Shown: one piece after another, positions 29,392 to 40,733 of the stretch
Layout of the letters: each line of letters begins with the position of its first letter
How positions within the stretch are numbered: position 1 is the first letter of the stretch
From: an uncultured Acidobacteriota bacterium
GTDB taxonomy: Bacteria > Acidobacteriota > Thermoanaerobaculia > UBA5066 > Gp7-AA6
Assembly: GCA_963764025.1 (NCBI GenBank)
Contig: CAVXRK010000003.1
Location: 304,561-368,560 of the forward strand
Reading direction: 5' to 3'
DNA length: 64,000 nt
Program-made: the position numbers and the translations under genes
Notes under the pieces: generated by a model
Told to the model about the DNA's origin: nothing
Databases searched by the model: none
What the model saw: only the letters and a program-made list of their open reading frames with translations

Positions 29392-30716
29392 GCCGATGTT
29401 CCCTCCTCGGGAGGCTCGGCCGCGATCTTCCAGGCGCGCCCGGCCGCCAGCAGGAGAGGGACCGCCGTGATCGGGCGCTGAAGCGGGAACCAGGTCAGGG
29501 CGGCGGCGGCGCCCGTCGCGAGCACGGCCGCCAGCACGATCGCCTCGGGTGTGCGCCGCCGCCAGGCGGTCGCGATCGCCAGCGCGAGCAGCCCGCCGCA
29601 GGCCCCGAGGGCGAGCACTCCCGCCGGCGCTCCCGCGTCGCTGAAGACTTGGAGGTAGTCGCAGTGCGCTTCCGCGTATGAACTCGTCAGGAGCGGGGTG
29701 ACGAACCGTCGCCTGGACCGGATCTCCGCGGCCAGCCGGTGCGGCACGTACTCCGCGCCGAAGGTCCCGGGGCCGTAGCCGAGGAGCGGCCTCCGGCGGG
29801 TCATCTCCACCGCGGCCGCCCAGGGCCCGCCGCGGAAGGACACGACGGCGTCCCAGTTGCTCGAGGCCACGGCGCGCGTCAGCTCGCGTGCGCGGGTTCG
29901 GAGCGGTGAGTAGACGAGCACCGCGATCCCGACGGCCGCCACCGCCGCCCCGAGCGGGAGAACGGCGCGCCGCCGGAACCGCAGAACGAGGAGGACCGCC
30001 GCGCCCGTGAGGACGGCCACCAGCGCGGTGAGGTTCTGGTTGACGACGAGGCCCGCCCCGTCGAGGACGAGGGCGGCGGCGGCGAGGGCGCGTCCGGCCG
30101 CGCGCGTCGTGGTCACCAACACCCCCAGTGCGACCACCGCGCTCAGCGCGAGCGCGATCGCGAGGTAGCCGACGTTGCCGGCGAAGGCGCCCGTGTCCTG
30201 GCGGGCGCCCACGGTTTCGAGGCGAAACGGGCTCCAGAAGCCGCGGGCTTCGAGGACGGCGACGAGAGCGTTGATCGCGCCGGCGGCCAGCAACACCGCG
30301 ACGAGCGCGCGGCGCGCCTTCGGCAGAACGCGCGAGGCGCCGAGCGGCAGCAGCAGCGCGAGCACGGCGACGGCGCGCATCGAGTCGAGGGCGAGCGCGC
30401 GGCGCGGCGACGCGAAGGCGGACACCAGCGCGAGAACGAGGGCGCCCGACGCCAGGGCGAGGGTCGCGCGGCGCAACGGCGGACCGTCTCGCCAGGCCGC
30501 GCGGGGAAGGCTTCCCGCGGAAGCCGTCGCGGCCGCGGCGGCCAGCGCCGTGCCGACGAGGGCGATGAAGCGCTTCGGCGCGTCGAAGGCGGCCCCCGCC
30601 AGCGTGTCGACGGCGAGCGCGGTGCCGGCGAGCACGGCACACAGGGCGACACCGGCCACGATCGCCCCGGGATCGCGCCGGGGCGGATCCGCGGAAGGCC
30701 GCTTCTTCTTTCCCAC
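29388..30716 (-). CDS. O-antigen ligase/Wzy_C family protein
   Basis: Many TMs; 'RPLLGYGPGTF' and 'AEAHCDYLQ...GAPAG'. Confidence 0.85.
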   Translation of the reverse strand: MGKKKRPSADPPRRDPGAIVAGVALCAVLAGTALAVDTLAGAAFDAPKRFIALVGTALAAAAATASAGSLPRAAWRDGPPLRRATLALASGALVLALVSAFASPRRALALDSMRAVAVLALLLPLGASRVLPKARRALVAVLLAAGAINALVAVLEARGFWSPFRLETVGARQDTGAFAGNVGYLAIALALSAVVALGVLVTTTRAAGRALAAAALVLDGAGLVVNQNLTALVAVLTGAAVLLVLRFRRRAVLPLGAAVAAVGIAVLVYSPLRTRARELTRAVASSNWDAVVSFRGGPWAAAVEMTRRRPLLGYGPGTFGAEYVPHRLAAEIRSRRRFVTPLLTSSYAEAHCDYLQVFSDAGAPAGVLALGACGGLLALAIATAWRRRTPEAIVLAAVLATGAAAALTWFPLQRPITAVPLLLAAGRAWKIAAEPPEEGTSA

Positions 30717-30775
30717 GCGGGGCGGATGTTACACGGGCGCCGGCGGCGCGAACTCGGGGCGGTATGCTGAACGCG

Positions 30776-33112
30776 GTGACTTTCGATTCCGAGGGGCCTG
30801 TGCCGGCTCGGCTGGTCTCGCTCCCTCACTGGGTGTATCGGCACCGCCGACCGATCCTCGCGGTGTTCGGCGGCCTCATGCTCTCCGGGGTCCTCGTCCT
30901 GGCGTATTTCACGACGCGGGTCGTGGGCCGCTTCGACGGCCGGCGCTGGGACCTGCCGTCGCGCATCTACTCGGATCTGTACGCGCTGCGGCCGGGCGAG
31001 GCCGCGAGCGCCGCGGACCTCGAGTCGAAGCTCGCCCGTCTCTACTACCAGCCGGTCGACGAAACGCCGGAGCGTCCGGGCCACTACCGCATCGCGAAGG
31101 ACACGATCGAGATCCACACCCGGCCGTTCCGCTACCCCGGACACGACTTTCCAGCCCTGCGCCTGAAGCTGACGCTCGCGGGGAAGCGCGTCAAGTCGAT
31201 CGTCGATGCCCGCGGCGAGTCCGTGCCGGCCCTGATCCTCGAGCCGGAGCTGCTCGGGTCGGTGTTCTCGGCCGAGCTCGAGGACCGCACCGTCATCCGC
31301 CTCGCGGACGCGCCGCAGACGTTGATCGACGCCGTGCTCGTGACCGAGGACCGGGACTTCTACCGCCACAGCGGCGTCTCCGTGCGGCGGCTCTTCGGTG
31401 CCCTCTTCGCGACCCTGACCGGCGGGATGAAGCAGGGCGGCTCGACGCTGACGCAGCAGCTCGTCAAGAACCTCTATCTCTCGCCCGAGCGCACCCTGCG
31501 GCGCAAGGCGAACGAGGCCGTCATGGCGGTCGTGCTCGACGCCCGCTACTCCAAGGACGAGATCCTCGAGACGTACCTGAACGAAATCTACCTCGGGCGA
31601 CGCGGGTCGATCGCGATCACCGGGGTCGGGGAGGCGGCGCGGTACTACTTCGGCAAGGACGTGCCCGACCTCGACCTCGCGGAATCGGCGACGCTCGCCG
31701 GGATGATCCGCGCCCCCAACGCCTACTCGCCGTTTCGCAACCCCGACCGCACGCGGGAGCGGCGCAACCTGATCCTCCGGCTGATGCAGGAGGAGGGCAA
31801 GATCGACGAGGCCGCTCTGCGTCACGCGGTGGAGCAGCCGCTCACGCCCCGGACGCGCAGCGAAGAGCGCACCAAGGCGCCCCACTTCGTCGACTTCGTC
31901 AAGAGCGAGCTCGCGGAGCGCTACGGCGAGAAGCTGCAGACCGAGGGCCTCCAGATCTACACAACCCTCGACGTCGATCTTCAGCAGGCGGCGCAGCGCG
32001 CCGTGACGCAGGGCCTCGAGACCCTCGAGAAAACATACCGCCGCCTCGCCTCCGCGTCCAAGCAGGCGCCGCTGCAGGGCGCGCTCATCGCCCTCGAGCC
32101 GCAGACCGGCAGTGTGCGGGCCCTCGTCGGCGGGCGGGACTACCGCCTCTCGCAGTTCGACCGCGTCACGCAGGCGCACCGCCAGCCCGGCAGCCTCTTC
32201 AAGCCCTTCGTCTACCTGGCGGCGTTTGCCCGGCGGGACCTCGACCCGCCGGTGACGCCGGCGACGATCCTCATGGACTCGCCGATCGTCGTCGAATGGG
32301 GGACGAAGACCGAGGACGAGCAGTGGACTCCGCGCAACTACGACAACGACTACCGGGGCCGGATGACCGCCCGCCGGGCGCTGGAGCTGTCGATCAACAT
32401 ACCGACCGTTCGCGTCTCGCTCCAGGCCGGCCTGCCGTACGTCCTTGCCGCGGCGCGGGATGCCGGCATCTCCTCGCGGCTGCGCGCGTACCCTTCGGTG
32501 GCTCTCGGGGCCTTCGAAATCTCGCCCATGGAGATCGCCGGAGCCTACGGGGCCCTCGCCAACAGCGGCGTGCGCGTCGCGCCCAACGCCATCGTCGGCG
32601 TGATGACGGGAGACGGGCGTGTCCTCGACCGGAAGGCGACGCAGCTTTCGCCGGCTCTCCCGGCCGACGCCGTGTTTCTGGTGAACTCGGTCCTCCAGGG
32701 CGCGGCCACCCGCGGCACGGGGGCCGGCGCGCGCTCGCGCGGCCTGACGGGCGTGCTCGCCGGGAAGACGGGTACGACCAACGACGGCCGCGACGCCTGG
32801 TTCGTGGGGTTCTCCCCGAGATTTCTCGCGGCCGTGTGGGTCGGCTACGACGACAATCGCGGGCTGAACCTTTCGGGCACGCAGGCGGCCGTGCCGATCT
32901 TCGCGGACTTCTCCCGCGCCGTGCCCTCCCAGTACTTCGCCGAGCCTTTCCCCGTCCCCTCCGACATCGTGACCGCCGAGATCGATCCCGACTCGGGCTT
33001 CCTCGCGGCGCCCGGCTGTCCCCGCACCATGACGGAGGTCTTCATCGAGGGAACCGCGCCGACGACGGCGTGCCCGATCCATGGTGGGGGAGCGCCGACC
33101 GGGACGCAGTAG
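30776..33112 (+). CDS. mrcB: Class A penicillin-binding protein 1B (UB2H + transglycosylase + transpeptidase)
   Basis: 'TEDRDFYRH', '[13 protein letters not shown]', 'QPGSLFKP', 'SIN', 'GKTGTTND'. Start is GTG 30776 or ATG 30764. Confidence 0.92.
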   Translation: MTFDSEGPVPARLVSLPHWVYRHRRPILAVFGGLMLSGVLVLAYFTTRVVGRFDGRRWDLPSRIYSDLYALRPGEAASAADLESKLARLYYQPVDETPERPGHYRIAKDTIEIHTRPFRYPGHDFPALRLKLTLAGKRVKSIVDARGESVPALILEPELLGSVFSAELEDRTVIRLADAPQTLIDAVLVTEDRDFYRHSGVSVRRLFGALFATLTGGMKQGGSTLTQQLVKNLYLSPERTLRRKANEAVMAVVLDARYSKDEILETYLNEIYLGRRGSIAITGVGEAARYYFGKDVPDLDLAESATLAGMIRAPNAYSPFRNPDRTRERRNLILRLMQEEGKIDEAALRHAVEQPLTPRTRSEERTKAPHFVDFVKSELAERYGEKLQTEGLQIYTTLDVDLQQAAQRAVTQGLETLEKTYRRLASASKQAPLQGALIALEPQTGSVRALVGGRDYRLSQFDRVTQAHRQPGSLFKPFVYLAAFARRDLDPPVTPATILMDSPIVVEWGTKTEDEQWTPRNYDNDYRGRMTARRALELSINIPTVRVSLQAGLPYVLAAARDAGISSRLRAYPSVALGAFEISPMEIAGAYGALANSGVRVAPNAIVGVMTGDGRVLDRKATQLSPALPADAVFLVNSVLQGAATRGTGAGARSRGLTGVLAGKTGTTNDGRDAWFVGFSPRFLAAVWVGYDDNRGLNLSGTQAAVPIFADFSRAVPSQYFAEPFPVPSDIVTAEIDPDSGFLAAPGCPRTMTEVFIEGTAPTTACPIHGGGAPTGTQ

Positions 33113-33193
33113 GCGGACGCTCGACCGCAGACCGCAGATGGTCCGCCGTCCGGCTGCCCCCTGCCGCCCTCCGACTCTGGTAGATTCGACGGT

Positions 33194-36112
33194 TTGAAGA
33201 AGCCACCCAAAGAGGTCCGTCCCTCGCCCATCCGGATCCGGGGCGCGCGGACCCACAATCTCCAGAACGTCTCGGTCGACATCCCCATCGGGCAGCTGAC
33301 CGTCATCACCGGCGTCTCGGGATCGGGGAAGTCCTCGCTCGCCTTCGACACGCTCTACGCCGAGGGGCAGCGCCGCTATGCGGAGTCGCTCTCGACCTAC
33401 GCCCGCCAGTTTCTGGAGCGGCTCGACCGGCCGGACGCCGACTCGATCGAGCCGGTGCCGCCGGCGATCGCGCTCGAGCAGAAGAACGGCGTTCGCAACG
33501 CCCGGTCGACGGTGGGGACGCAGACCGAGATCCACGACGCGCTCCGGCTCCTCTTCGCCCACGGGGGGACGACGTACTGCCCGGACTGCGGCGAGGCCGC
33601 CGTGCCCGGGGGCGTCGACCGGGCCGTCGAGGAACTGTGCGTCTCGGAGGCGGGCCAGCGGACGACGCTCGTGGCTCCCGTGACCTGGAGGGATCCCGCG
33701 GCTCCGGCCGGAGGCCGGCGCAAGCGCGGCAAGAGCGACGCCGCCCGGCTCTCGGAGTACCGCCGGGGCGGCTTCTTCCGCGCCGTCTCGCCGCAGGGGG
33801 AGACCGTCGAGCTCGGGGACGACGCCGAGGGACTCCTCGACGGCCAGGGGCGGCTGCCGATCGTCGTCGGCCGGTTCGTCGTCGGCGAGGCCGCGCGGCC
33901 CGAGATCGCGGCCGCCGCGGAATCGGCCTTCGCGCTGGCCGGAACGCTCGAGGCGCGCATCGAGGGGCGCGTGCGTGTCTTCCGGCGCGGGCTGCACTGC
34001 CCGCGGTGCGGCCGGGACTTCCGCGACCCGACGCCGCCGATGTTCGCGTTCAACTCTCCGCTCGGCGCCTGTCCCGCCTGCCAGGGATTCGGCCGCGTGA
34101 TCGGAGTGGATCTCGAGAAGGCGATTCCCGACCGCTCGCTCACGCTCGCCGAGCGGCCTGTCGCGCCCTGGAACACGCCCGCGTACGAGTCGGCGTACGA
34201 CGACCTCTTCCGCGCCTGCCGCCGGTACTCGGTGCGGACGGACGTTCCGGTCTCGCGCCTTTCGGCGCACGAGCGCGAGGTCCTCATCCACGGCCGCGGC
34301 GACTTCTACGGCGTCAAGGGGTTCTTCGACTGGCTCGAGACCAAGCGCTACAAGATCCACGTCCGGGTCCTCCTCGCGCGCTACCGGGCCTACACGCCCT
34401 GCGACGCCTGCGGCGGCACCCGCCTGGCGCCGCCCGCCCTCTGGGTCCGCTTCCGGGGCCGGACGATCGCCGAGCTCGCGGACCTGCCCCTGTCGGACAT
34501 CCAGGCCTTCTTCGCGGAGCTGACGACGACGCCGGCCGAGCGGGAGCGGCTGGCCTCCGTCCTGGCGGAGGTCAACGCGCGGGTGCGCTACATGAACGAG
34601 GTCGGCCTCGGGTACCTGTCCCTCTCGCGCCCGGCCCGGACGCTCTCCGGGGGAGAGGCCCAGCGCATCGGACTCGCCTCGGCGCTCGGCGGCTCCCTGA
34701 CCGGGACGCTGTACGTGCTCGACGAGCCCACGATCGGCCTTCATGCGGTCGACACGCGCCGCCTCCTCCGGATCCTGCGGCGGCTGGCGGATCGCGGCAA
34801 CACGGTCGTCGTCGTGGAGCACGATCCAGAGGCCATGGAAGCCGCGGACCACGTGATCGACCTGGGGCCCGGCGCCGGAAGCCTGGGCGGACACGTGCTC
34901 TTCGAGGGTTCGCCGCGGGCGCTCGCGCGCCTCAAGGGATCGGCGACGGGGGAGCTGCTCCGGAGACGGCAGACGGCGGGAGGCAGGCGGCAGGAGGCGG
35001 GAGGCAGGAAAGATTCGAAATCGACCGACGATCTCAAGCGGCGGGTCGTCCCGTTCCGGCGGGCCGAGGGCGCGATCACGATCGTCGGCGCGCGGCAGAA
35101 CAACCTGCGTGACCTGACGGTTCGCATCCCATTGGGCCGCCTCGTGTCGATCGCCGGCGTCTCGGGCTCGGGCAAGTCGACGCTGGTGCGCGACGTGCTG
35201 CACAACGCCTACGCGCGCCGGGTCAAGGGCGCCGCGCAGTTCGACGTCGGCGCGCACGACCGCATCGACGGCCTCGCGTCGATCTCCGACCTCCTGCTGG
35301 TCGACCAGAGCCCCCTCGGCCGCTCGGCGCGCTCCAATCCCGTGACCTACACGAAGGCCTGGGACGAGATCCGCCAGACCTTCGCGAAGTCGGGCACGGC
35401 CATGTCGCGGGGCATCTCGGCGCGCGACTTCTCCTTCAACTCCGCCGGCGGTCGCTGCGAGGCCTGCCGCGGGACCGGCTGGCAGACGATCGACATGCAG
35501 TTTCTGGCCGACGTGACGGTGCGCTGCGACGTCTGCGACGGCCGGCGGTTCCAGAGCCGCGTCCTCGCGGTGCGGCTGCGGGGCAAGAACATCGACGAGG
35601 TCCTCGAGATGACGATCGACGATGCGGCCGTCTTCTTCGCCGGGGAGGAGAAGATCGTCCGCCGGCTCGAGCCTCTCCGCGAAGCCGGACTCGGGTACAT
35701 GCGGCTGGGGCAGCCGACGGCCACGCTCTCCGGCGGCGAGGCGCAGCGGCTGAAGCTCGCGGCCTTCCTCGGGATCCGCCCCGCGTCGACCCGAGGCGCC
35801 CTCTTCCTCTTCGACGAGCCCACGACCGGCCTGCACGCCAGGGACGTCGATCGGCTGCTCGGGACACTGCGCCGGTTGATCGCGCGCGGCCACTCCCTGC
35901 TCGCCGTCGAGCACCACCTCGGCTTCCTCGAGGCGTCCGACTGGATCATCGAGCTCGGGCCCGGCGGCGGACGCGAGGGAGGCCGGATCATCGCCGAGGG
36001 AACCCCCGCCGACATCCGGCGCAGCCCCTCGAGCGTCACCGGCCCGTTCCTTTCCGGCGGCACGGCCGAGGAGCGCGCGGCGACCCCCTATAATGCGACG
36101 GAGATTCCCTAG
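33194..36112 (+). CDS. uvrA: UvrA-family excinuclease ATPase (possibly a second uvrA paralog)
   Basis: 'GARTHNL', '[23 protein letters not shown]', two LSGGEAQR signatures, Cys zinc fingers. Confidence 0.9.
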   Translation: MKKPPKEVRPSPIRIRGARTHNLQNVSVDIPIGQLTVITGVSGSGKSSLAFDTLYAEGQRRYAESLSTYARQFLERLDRPDADSIEPVPPAIALEQKNGVRNARSTVGTQTEIHDALRLLFAHGGTTYCPDCGEAAVPGGVDRAVEELCVSEAGQRTTLVAPVTWRDPAAPAGGRRKRGKSDAARLSEYRRGGFFRAVSPQGETVELGDDAEGLLDGQGRLPIVVGRFVVGEAARPEIAAAAESAFALAGTLEARIEGRVRVFRRGLHCPRCGRDFRDPTPPMFAFNSPLGACPACQGFGRVIGVDLEKAIPDRSLTLAERPVAPWNTPAYESAYDDLFRACRRYSVRTDVPVSRLSAHEREVLIHGRGDFYGVKGFFDWLETKRYKIHVRVLLARYRAYTPCDACGGTRLAPPALWVRFRGRTIAELADLPLSDIQAFFAELTTTPAERERLASVLAEVNARVRYMNEVGLGYLSLSRPARTLSGGEAQRIGLASALGGSLTGTLYVLDEPTIGLHAVDTRRLLRILRRLADRGNTVVVVEHDPEAMEAADHVIDLGPGAGSLGGHVLFEGSPRALARLKGSATGELLRRRQTAGGRRQEAGGRKDSKSTDDLKRRVVPFRRAEGAITIVGARQNNLRDLTVRIPLGRLVSIAGVSGSGKSTLVRDVLHNAYARRVKGAAQFDVGAHDRIDGLASISDLLLVDQSPLGRSARSNPVTYTKAWDEIRQTFAKSGTAMSRGISARDFSFNSAGGRCEACRGTGWQTIDMQFLADVTVRCDVCDGRRFQSRVLAVRLRGKNIDEVLEMTIDDAAVFFAGEEKIVRRLEPLREAGLGYMRLGQPTATLSGGEAQRLKLAAFLGIRPASTRGALFLFDEPTTGLHARDVDRLLGTLRRLIARGHSLLAVEHHLGFLEASDWIIELGPGGGREGGRIIAEGTPADIRRSPSSVTGPFLSGGTAEERAATPYNATEIP
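34968..35009 (+). repeat. Six degenerate heptamers (GGCRGRM)6, in frame within uvrA
   Basis: GGCAGAC GGCGGGA GGCAGGC GGCAGGA GGCGGGA GGCAGGA = 42 nt. Confidence 0.75.
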
Positions 36113-36127
36113 CCCGCGCGCCTGAAC

Positions 36128-39100
36128 GTGCCGAACTCCTCGAGACGAAAAGCTTCGCTCCGATTCGCGGCCCTCGCCGCGAGCCTGACGTTTACGGCTG
36201 CGCGCGGCGCGCTCGCGGCCCCTCCCGCGGGACCCGCGGTCGCGCCGTTCGAGGGCCGCTTCGAGTTCCGGACGTACACCAAGGAGGAAGGGCTCGAGGA
36301 TCTGTCGGTCGAATGCGTCCTCCAGGACAGGGTCGGCTACATCTGGGTCGGAACCGACGACGGCCTCTTCCGATACGACGGCCGGCGGTTCCGCAAGTTC
36401 GGCCACGAAGACGGCCTGCCGCGCCTGCGCATCTATCAGCTCCACGAGACGGCGAACGGCCGGTTCTACGTCGCGACCGGCGGTGGCCTCGCGCGCTACC
36501 AGGCCGGGCGGTTCGTCGTTCTCGGCGAGAAGGAAGGCCTCGGCATCTTCGCCGTCGGACACCAGGGCCTGGCGTCCGACGCGAGCGGAACGGTTTACGT
36601 CGGCAGCGACCGCGGGCTCTACTCGGGCCGGGACGACCGCTTCAAGTTCGACAAGGAAGCCAACTCCGTCGGTTCGGGTCCGGTCACCGCGGTGCACGTC
36701 GACCCCGCGGGCGCCCTGTATTTCTCGCGCAGCGGGCTGCTCTATCGAAAGGAGTCGGGGCGGGCGGTCGAGTTCGGGCGCCCGCGCGGCCTGCCCGCCG
36801 ACGAGAATCTGGACGACGTCCAGACCGACGCGGCGGGCCGGCTCTGGGTCCGTACGGTCAAGCACCTCTACGTGCTTCCCCGGGGCTCCCAGCGCTTCGA
36901 GCGGGCCGACGAGGGGCTGCCCGAGTCGAGCGAGGTCGGGCGCCTCGCCCTCGACGACCGCGGCGAGCTCCTGGTTCCGACGGTGCAGGGCCTCGCCGCG
37001 CGCGAGGGCGCGGCGTGGCGGCTGATCGGCCGCCGCGAGGGCCTGGCGGTCGAGACGGCGCTCGCCGCGATCGTCGACCGCGAGGGCTCGCTCTGGCTCG
37101 GGCTCCTCGGGGGCGGCCTGACGCGGCGGGTCGGGCACGGACAGTTCACGAGCTGGTCGGCGGCCGACGGACTTTCGCACGAGGTCGTCTGGGCCGTCGC
37201 GCGTGAAAAGTCGGCGGCGGGTGCGGGGGCGGTCTGGGTCGGCACCGAGCAGGGACTGAGCCGCATCGACCCGAAGACCGGAGCGGTGCGCGTCTACCGC
37301 GATGCCGATGGCCTCGCGGGCAACACCATCAACGCGCTCGCCGCGGGCGGGGACGGAACGATCTGGGCCGGCTCGTGGCCCGGGGGCGTGACGCGTTTTT
37401 CGCCCGACGGAAAGGTGCGGCGGTTTGCGGCGGACGGCGTCTCGCCCGAACAATTCCGCGTGGCGGCGATCCATGTCCGTCCGAACGGCGAGGTCTGGGT
37501 CGGCGCGGTCAGCGGCCTCTACCGGCTGCGGGCTGGCGGCGACCGGCTCGAACGCGTGGCGATCGGGCGGGAGAAGCCGGACAACATCCGCGGCTTTGCC
37601 GAAGATCCTTCGGGAACCCTCTATGCCGCCAGCAAGCAGGGCATCCTCCGCGTCAACGGCCCTTCGCCCCGCAAGTTCACCGTCCGCGACGGCCTGAAGG
37701 AGGATTTCGTCTCCTCGATCGCCTTCGCGTCCGACGGCAGCCTCGTGATCGCCTACCGCGAGGCGATCGGCGCGGCGAAGATCATCCTGCAGGGGGACCG
37801 CCTCACCGTTCGGGCCATCGACGTTTCGACGGGCCTCGTGTCGAACAAGGTCGTCCTCGTCGGCCGCGATGCGGGAGGCGCGATGTGGATCGGCACCGGC
37901 TCGGGCGCGGACGTCTACGGCGCCGACTGGACGCTCGTCGCCCGCTACGGCCGGCTCGACGGCATGATCAGCGAAGACCTCGATCAGAATGCGTTCCTCG
38001 CCGAGGCCGACGGCACCGTTTGGCTCGGCTCGAGCCGCGGCCTGATCCGTTCCCAGCCGGGGATCCCGCCCGCTCCCGAGCCCCCGCCGAACGTCGTCCT
38101 GACGAACGTCAGCGCGAGCGACCGGCCGCTCCGCGCGACGGCGGAAGCCTCTCTTCCCCCGGACGAGCGCAACGTCAGCGTGTCGTGGGCCGGCCTGACC
38201 TACGTCGAGCCGCGCAAGGTCCGCTACAAACATCGGATGGCGGGGCTCGTCGACCAATACACCGAGACCGAGCTGACCGAAGCGCGCTTCCCCGCGCTCC
38301 CGAGCGGCCGCTATCGTTTCGAGGTGCTCTGCGTGTCGGCCCGCGGCAAGGAATCCGTGGCGCCGGCCGTTTTCACCCTCGAGGTCCGGCCCGCGTGGTG
38401 GCAGAGCCTTTGGGCGCGGGCCCTTTGGGTGCTCGCGGCGGCGGCCGCGCTGACGGCGTTCGTGCGCTGGCGGACACGGCACCTCGAGGCCGAGCGGCAT
38501 CGGCTGGAAGAGGCCGTGGCCGCCCGAAGCGCCGAGCTCGCCGCAGCCAACCGGGAGCTACGCGAGGCCTCTTTCACCGACGCGCTGACCGGGGCCCGCA
38601 ACCGGAGATTCTTCTCGACGGTCATCGAGGACGACGTCAACCGGACGCTCCGCGTGCACTCGACGCCCCCGGCCAACCGCCCGCGCAACTGCGACCTCAT
38701 CTTCTACATCGTCGACATCGACCACTTCAAGGAGATCAACGACGAGTACGGCCACGACCGCGGCGACGGCGTGCTCGCCGAAATGGCCCGACGCCTGACG
38801 GGTGTGGTGCGGGACTCGGACCGCCTGATCCGGTGGGGCGGCGAGGAGTTCCTCCTGATCTCACGCGACGCGGACCGGACCCGCGGCGACGTCCTCGCCG
38901 GGCGCGTCATGACGGCGGTGGGCTCCGAGCCGTTCGACATCGGCGGAGGCCAGAAGGTCCGCCGGACCTGCTCGGTCGGGTGGGCGCCGTTTCCGTGGTA
39001 CCCCGACTCGACTCGCACGTTCGCGTTTACGGAGGTCTTGAAGCTCGCCGACCGCGCGATGTACCTCGCCAAGCAGTCCGGGCGCAACCGCTCGGTCGGC

Positions 39101-39235
39101 GTCGTCCCGTCGGGCCCCTACTCCGAGGTCGGCGGCCGGAACGGGGACTGGTGGGAGAAGCCGTTGAGCGACGCCGAAGGCTCGGCCGTCTCGATCGTGC
39201 GGACCGGGGGCCCGGTCATCGTGGCCGAAGGCTGA
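36128..39235 (+). CDS. Diguanylate cyclase with extracytoplasmic beta-propeller (Reg_prop/Y_Y_Y) sensor
   Basis: Signal peptide, repeated 'D..G.LWVGT..GL', 'FPALPSGRYRFEV', TM, then 'DALTG..NRR', 'DIDHFKEIND.YGH..GD', 'RWGGEEF'. Confidence 0.92.
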   Translation: MPNSSRRKASLRFAALAASLTFTAARGALAAPPAGPAVAPFEGRFEFRTYTKEEGLEDLSVECVLQDRVGYIWVGTDDGLFRYDGRRFRKFGHEDGLPRLRIYQLHETANGRFYVATGGGLARYQAGRFVVLGEKEGLGIFAVGHQGLASDASGTVYVGSDRGLYSGRDDRFKFDKEANSVGSGPVTAVHVDPAGALYFSRSGLLYRKESGRAVEFGRPRGLPADENLDDVQTDAAGRLWVRTVKHLYVLPRGSQRFERADEGLPESSEVGRLALDDRGELLVPTVQGLAAREGAAWRLIGRREGLAVETALAAIVDREGSLWLGLLGGGLTRRVGHGQFTSWSAADGLSHEVVWAVAREKSAAGAGAVWVGTEQGLSRIDPKTGAVRVYRDADGLAGNTINALAAGGDGTIWAGSWPGGVTRFSPDGKVRRFAADGVSPEQFRVAAIHVRPNGEVWVGAVSGLYRLRAGGDRLERVAIGREKPDNIRGFAEDPSGTLYAASKQGILRVNGPSPRKFTVRDGLKEDFVSSIAFASDGSLVIAYREAIGAAKIILQGDRLTVRAIDVSTGLVSNKVVLVGRDAGGAMWIGTGSGADVYGADWTLVARYGRLDGMISEDLDQNAFLAEADGTVWLGSSRGLIRSQPGIPPAPEPPPNVVLTNVSASDRPLRATAEASLPPDERNVSVSWAGLTYVEPRKVRYKHRMAGLVDQYTETELTEARFPALPSGRYRFEVLCVSARGKESVAPAVFTLEVRPAWWQSLWARALWVLAAAAALTAFVRWRTRHLEAERHRLEEAVAARSAELAAANRELREASFTDALTGARNRRFFSTVIEDDVNRTLRVHSTPPANRPRNCDLIFYIVDIDHFKEINDEYGHDRGDGVLAEMARRLTGVVRDSDRLIRWGGEEFLLISRDADRTRGDVLAGRVMTAVGSEPFDIGGGQKVRRTCSVGWAPFPWYPDSTRTFAFTEVLKLADRAMYLAKQSGRNRSVGVVPSGPYSEVGGRNGDWWEKPLSDAEGSAVSIVRTGGPVIVAEG

Positions 39236-39287
39236 AGTCCCGTAACCTCCGGCCGGGGGCGGCGTATCCGGATGCGGGAGGTCGCCC

Positions 39288-40208
39288 ATGACGACACGCT
39301 GGAGACGGGTCCTCGCCTCGGCCGCGGTCCTCGCGCTGTGCGCCCCGGCGGCGCGGGCCGGCCACCGCCATCGCAGCATCTCGGTCCGCGACGGCGAGAA
39401 TCCGTCGAGCTGCAGCGACATCCGCGTTCTCTTCGCCGACCGGGTGGCGGCCCGGGCGGAGGAACGGATGACCGTCCCGGTTCCCGCCGGAGGCCCCCTC
39501 CGGGTCCAGGCCGCACGCAACTCGGGCGCCCACGTCCGGGAGGGAGACCGCGCCGACTTCGAGATCGTGGCCTGCAAGGCGGCGCCGTCCGCCGACGCGC
39601 TGTCCGCGATCGCCCTCGAGCGCTCCGGCGACTCCGTGACGGTCCGCGGCCCGGCCGACGAGGACTGGGTCGGGTACCTCCTCGTCGTCGCGCCGCGCGG
39701 CGCGTCCCTGGAGATCTCGGCCGAGAACGGTCCGATCGGCCTCTCGGGCCTGTCGGGCCGCGTGGTCGCGAGCACGCGCAACGGACCCATCTCCGTCCAT
39801 GATTCCGCGGGCGATCTCGACCTTCACGCGCAGAACGGCCCGATCGCGTTCGAGGGCGCGGGCGGCAAGCTCCGCATGCGGACCGAGAACGGGCCGATCG
39901 AAGTCGAGCTCTCGGGCGACGCGTGGACCGGCGGCGGCCTCGACGCCCGAGCCGTCAACGGCCCCGTCTCGCTCGCGATCCCCGCAGGCTACCGGTCGGG
40001 CGCAGTCGTGGAGTCGCGAGGCCACTCGCCGTTCCAGTGTCGAGGCGAGGCCTGCGCGGCCGCCCGGAGGACGTGGGACGACGACCACCGGCGGATCGAG
40101 CTCGGCGACGGGCCGGCGCTCGTGAGGCTCTCGACCGAGAACGGTCCCGTGTCGGTGCGGTCCGGCTCCGGCGCGGGCCAGGCGGACGCGGACGAAGACG
40201 AGGAGTGA
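39288..40208 (+). CDS. DUF4097/adhesin-like beta-strand repeat protein
   Basis: Signal peptide and repeated 'ENGPI/RNGPI/QNGPI/VNGPV' motifs. Confidence 0.75.
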   Translation: MTTRWRRVLASAAVLALCAPAARAGHRHRSISVRDGENPSSCSDIRVLFADRVAARAEERMTVPVPAGGPLRVQAARNSGAHVREGDRADFEIVACKAAPSADALSAIALERSGDSVTVRGPADEDWVGYLLVVAPRGASLEISAENGPIGLSGLSGRVVASTRNGPISVHDSAGDLDLHAQNGPIAFEGAGGKLRMRTENGPIEVELSGDAWTGGGLDARAVNGPVSLAIPAGYRSGAVVESRGHSPFQCRGEACAAARRTWDDDHRRIELGDGPALVRLSTENGPVSVRSGSGAGQADADEDEE

Positions 40209-40235
40209 CGACGCGGGCACGGCCCGGGTCGAAGG

Positions 40236-40733
40236 CTACGGCCGGCCCGGCTCCTTCAGGAAATCCACCAGGGCCGCGCGGTTGCGGTAGCCCTCGTGCT
40301 TGCCGATGAGCCGTCCGTCCGGCGCCGCCACGACGAGGGTCGGGAAGCCCGAGATCTCGTAGCGGCGCTGGAGCTCGTCGACGTCGGGCGCATTGCGTCC
40401 GTCTTCGCGCGCGCGGTCCACGATCCGGACGGGAACGAACCCGGCGTTGACCCGATCGGCGATCTCGGGCGACTCCCAGTCCCGGTCGACGAGCTTGCAC
40501 GGTCCGCACCATGCCGCCGTGAAGTCGTAGAGGATCGGTTTGCCGGCTTTCGCGGCCCGCGCGGCCGCGTCTTCGCGCGGCTGCCAGCGGACGAGGCCGG
40601 TGCCCTCGGCTCCTCCGCGGTCCATGACGGCCGTGACGATCCGGAAGAGGATCGCCGCGAGGAGCACCCAGAGCAGCACCGGCGAGAGCCGCGACTGCGA
40701 CTGGGACACCGACGCCGCCTCAGTCCTGTCCAT
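40236..40733 (-). CDS. Membrane-anchored thioredoxin-family protein
   Basis: TM, then 'YDFTAAWCGPCK' and 'GFPTL'. Confidence 0.88.
   Translation of the reverse strand: MDRTEAASVSQSQSRLSPVLLWVLLAAILFRIVTAVMDRGGAEGTGLVRWQPREDAAARAAKAGKPILYDFTAAWCGPCKLVDRDWESPEIADRVNAGFVPVRIVDRAREDGRNAPDVDELQRRYEISGFPTLVVAAPDGRLIGKHEGYRNRAALVDFLKEPGRP

Noticed and set aside
30143-38500. 2785-aa minus-strand ORF
   Set aside because: Antisense shadow of mrcB, uvrA and the diguanylate cyclase; no motifs; expected in high-GC DNA.
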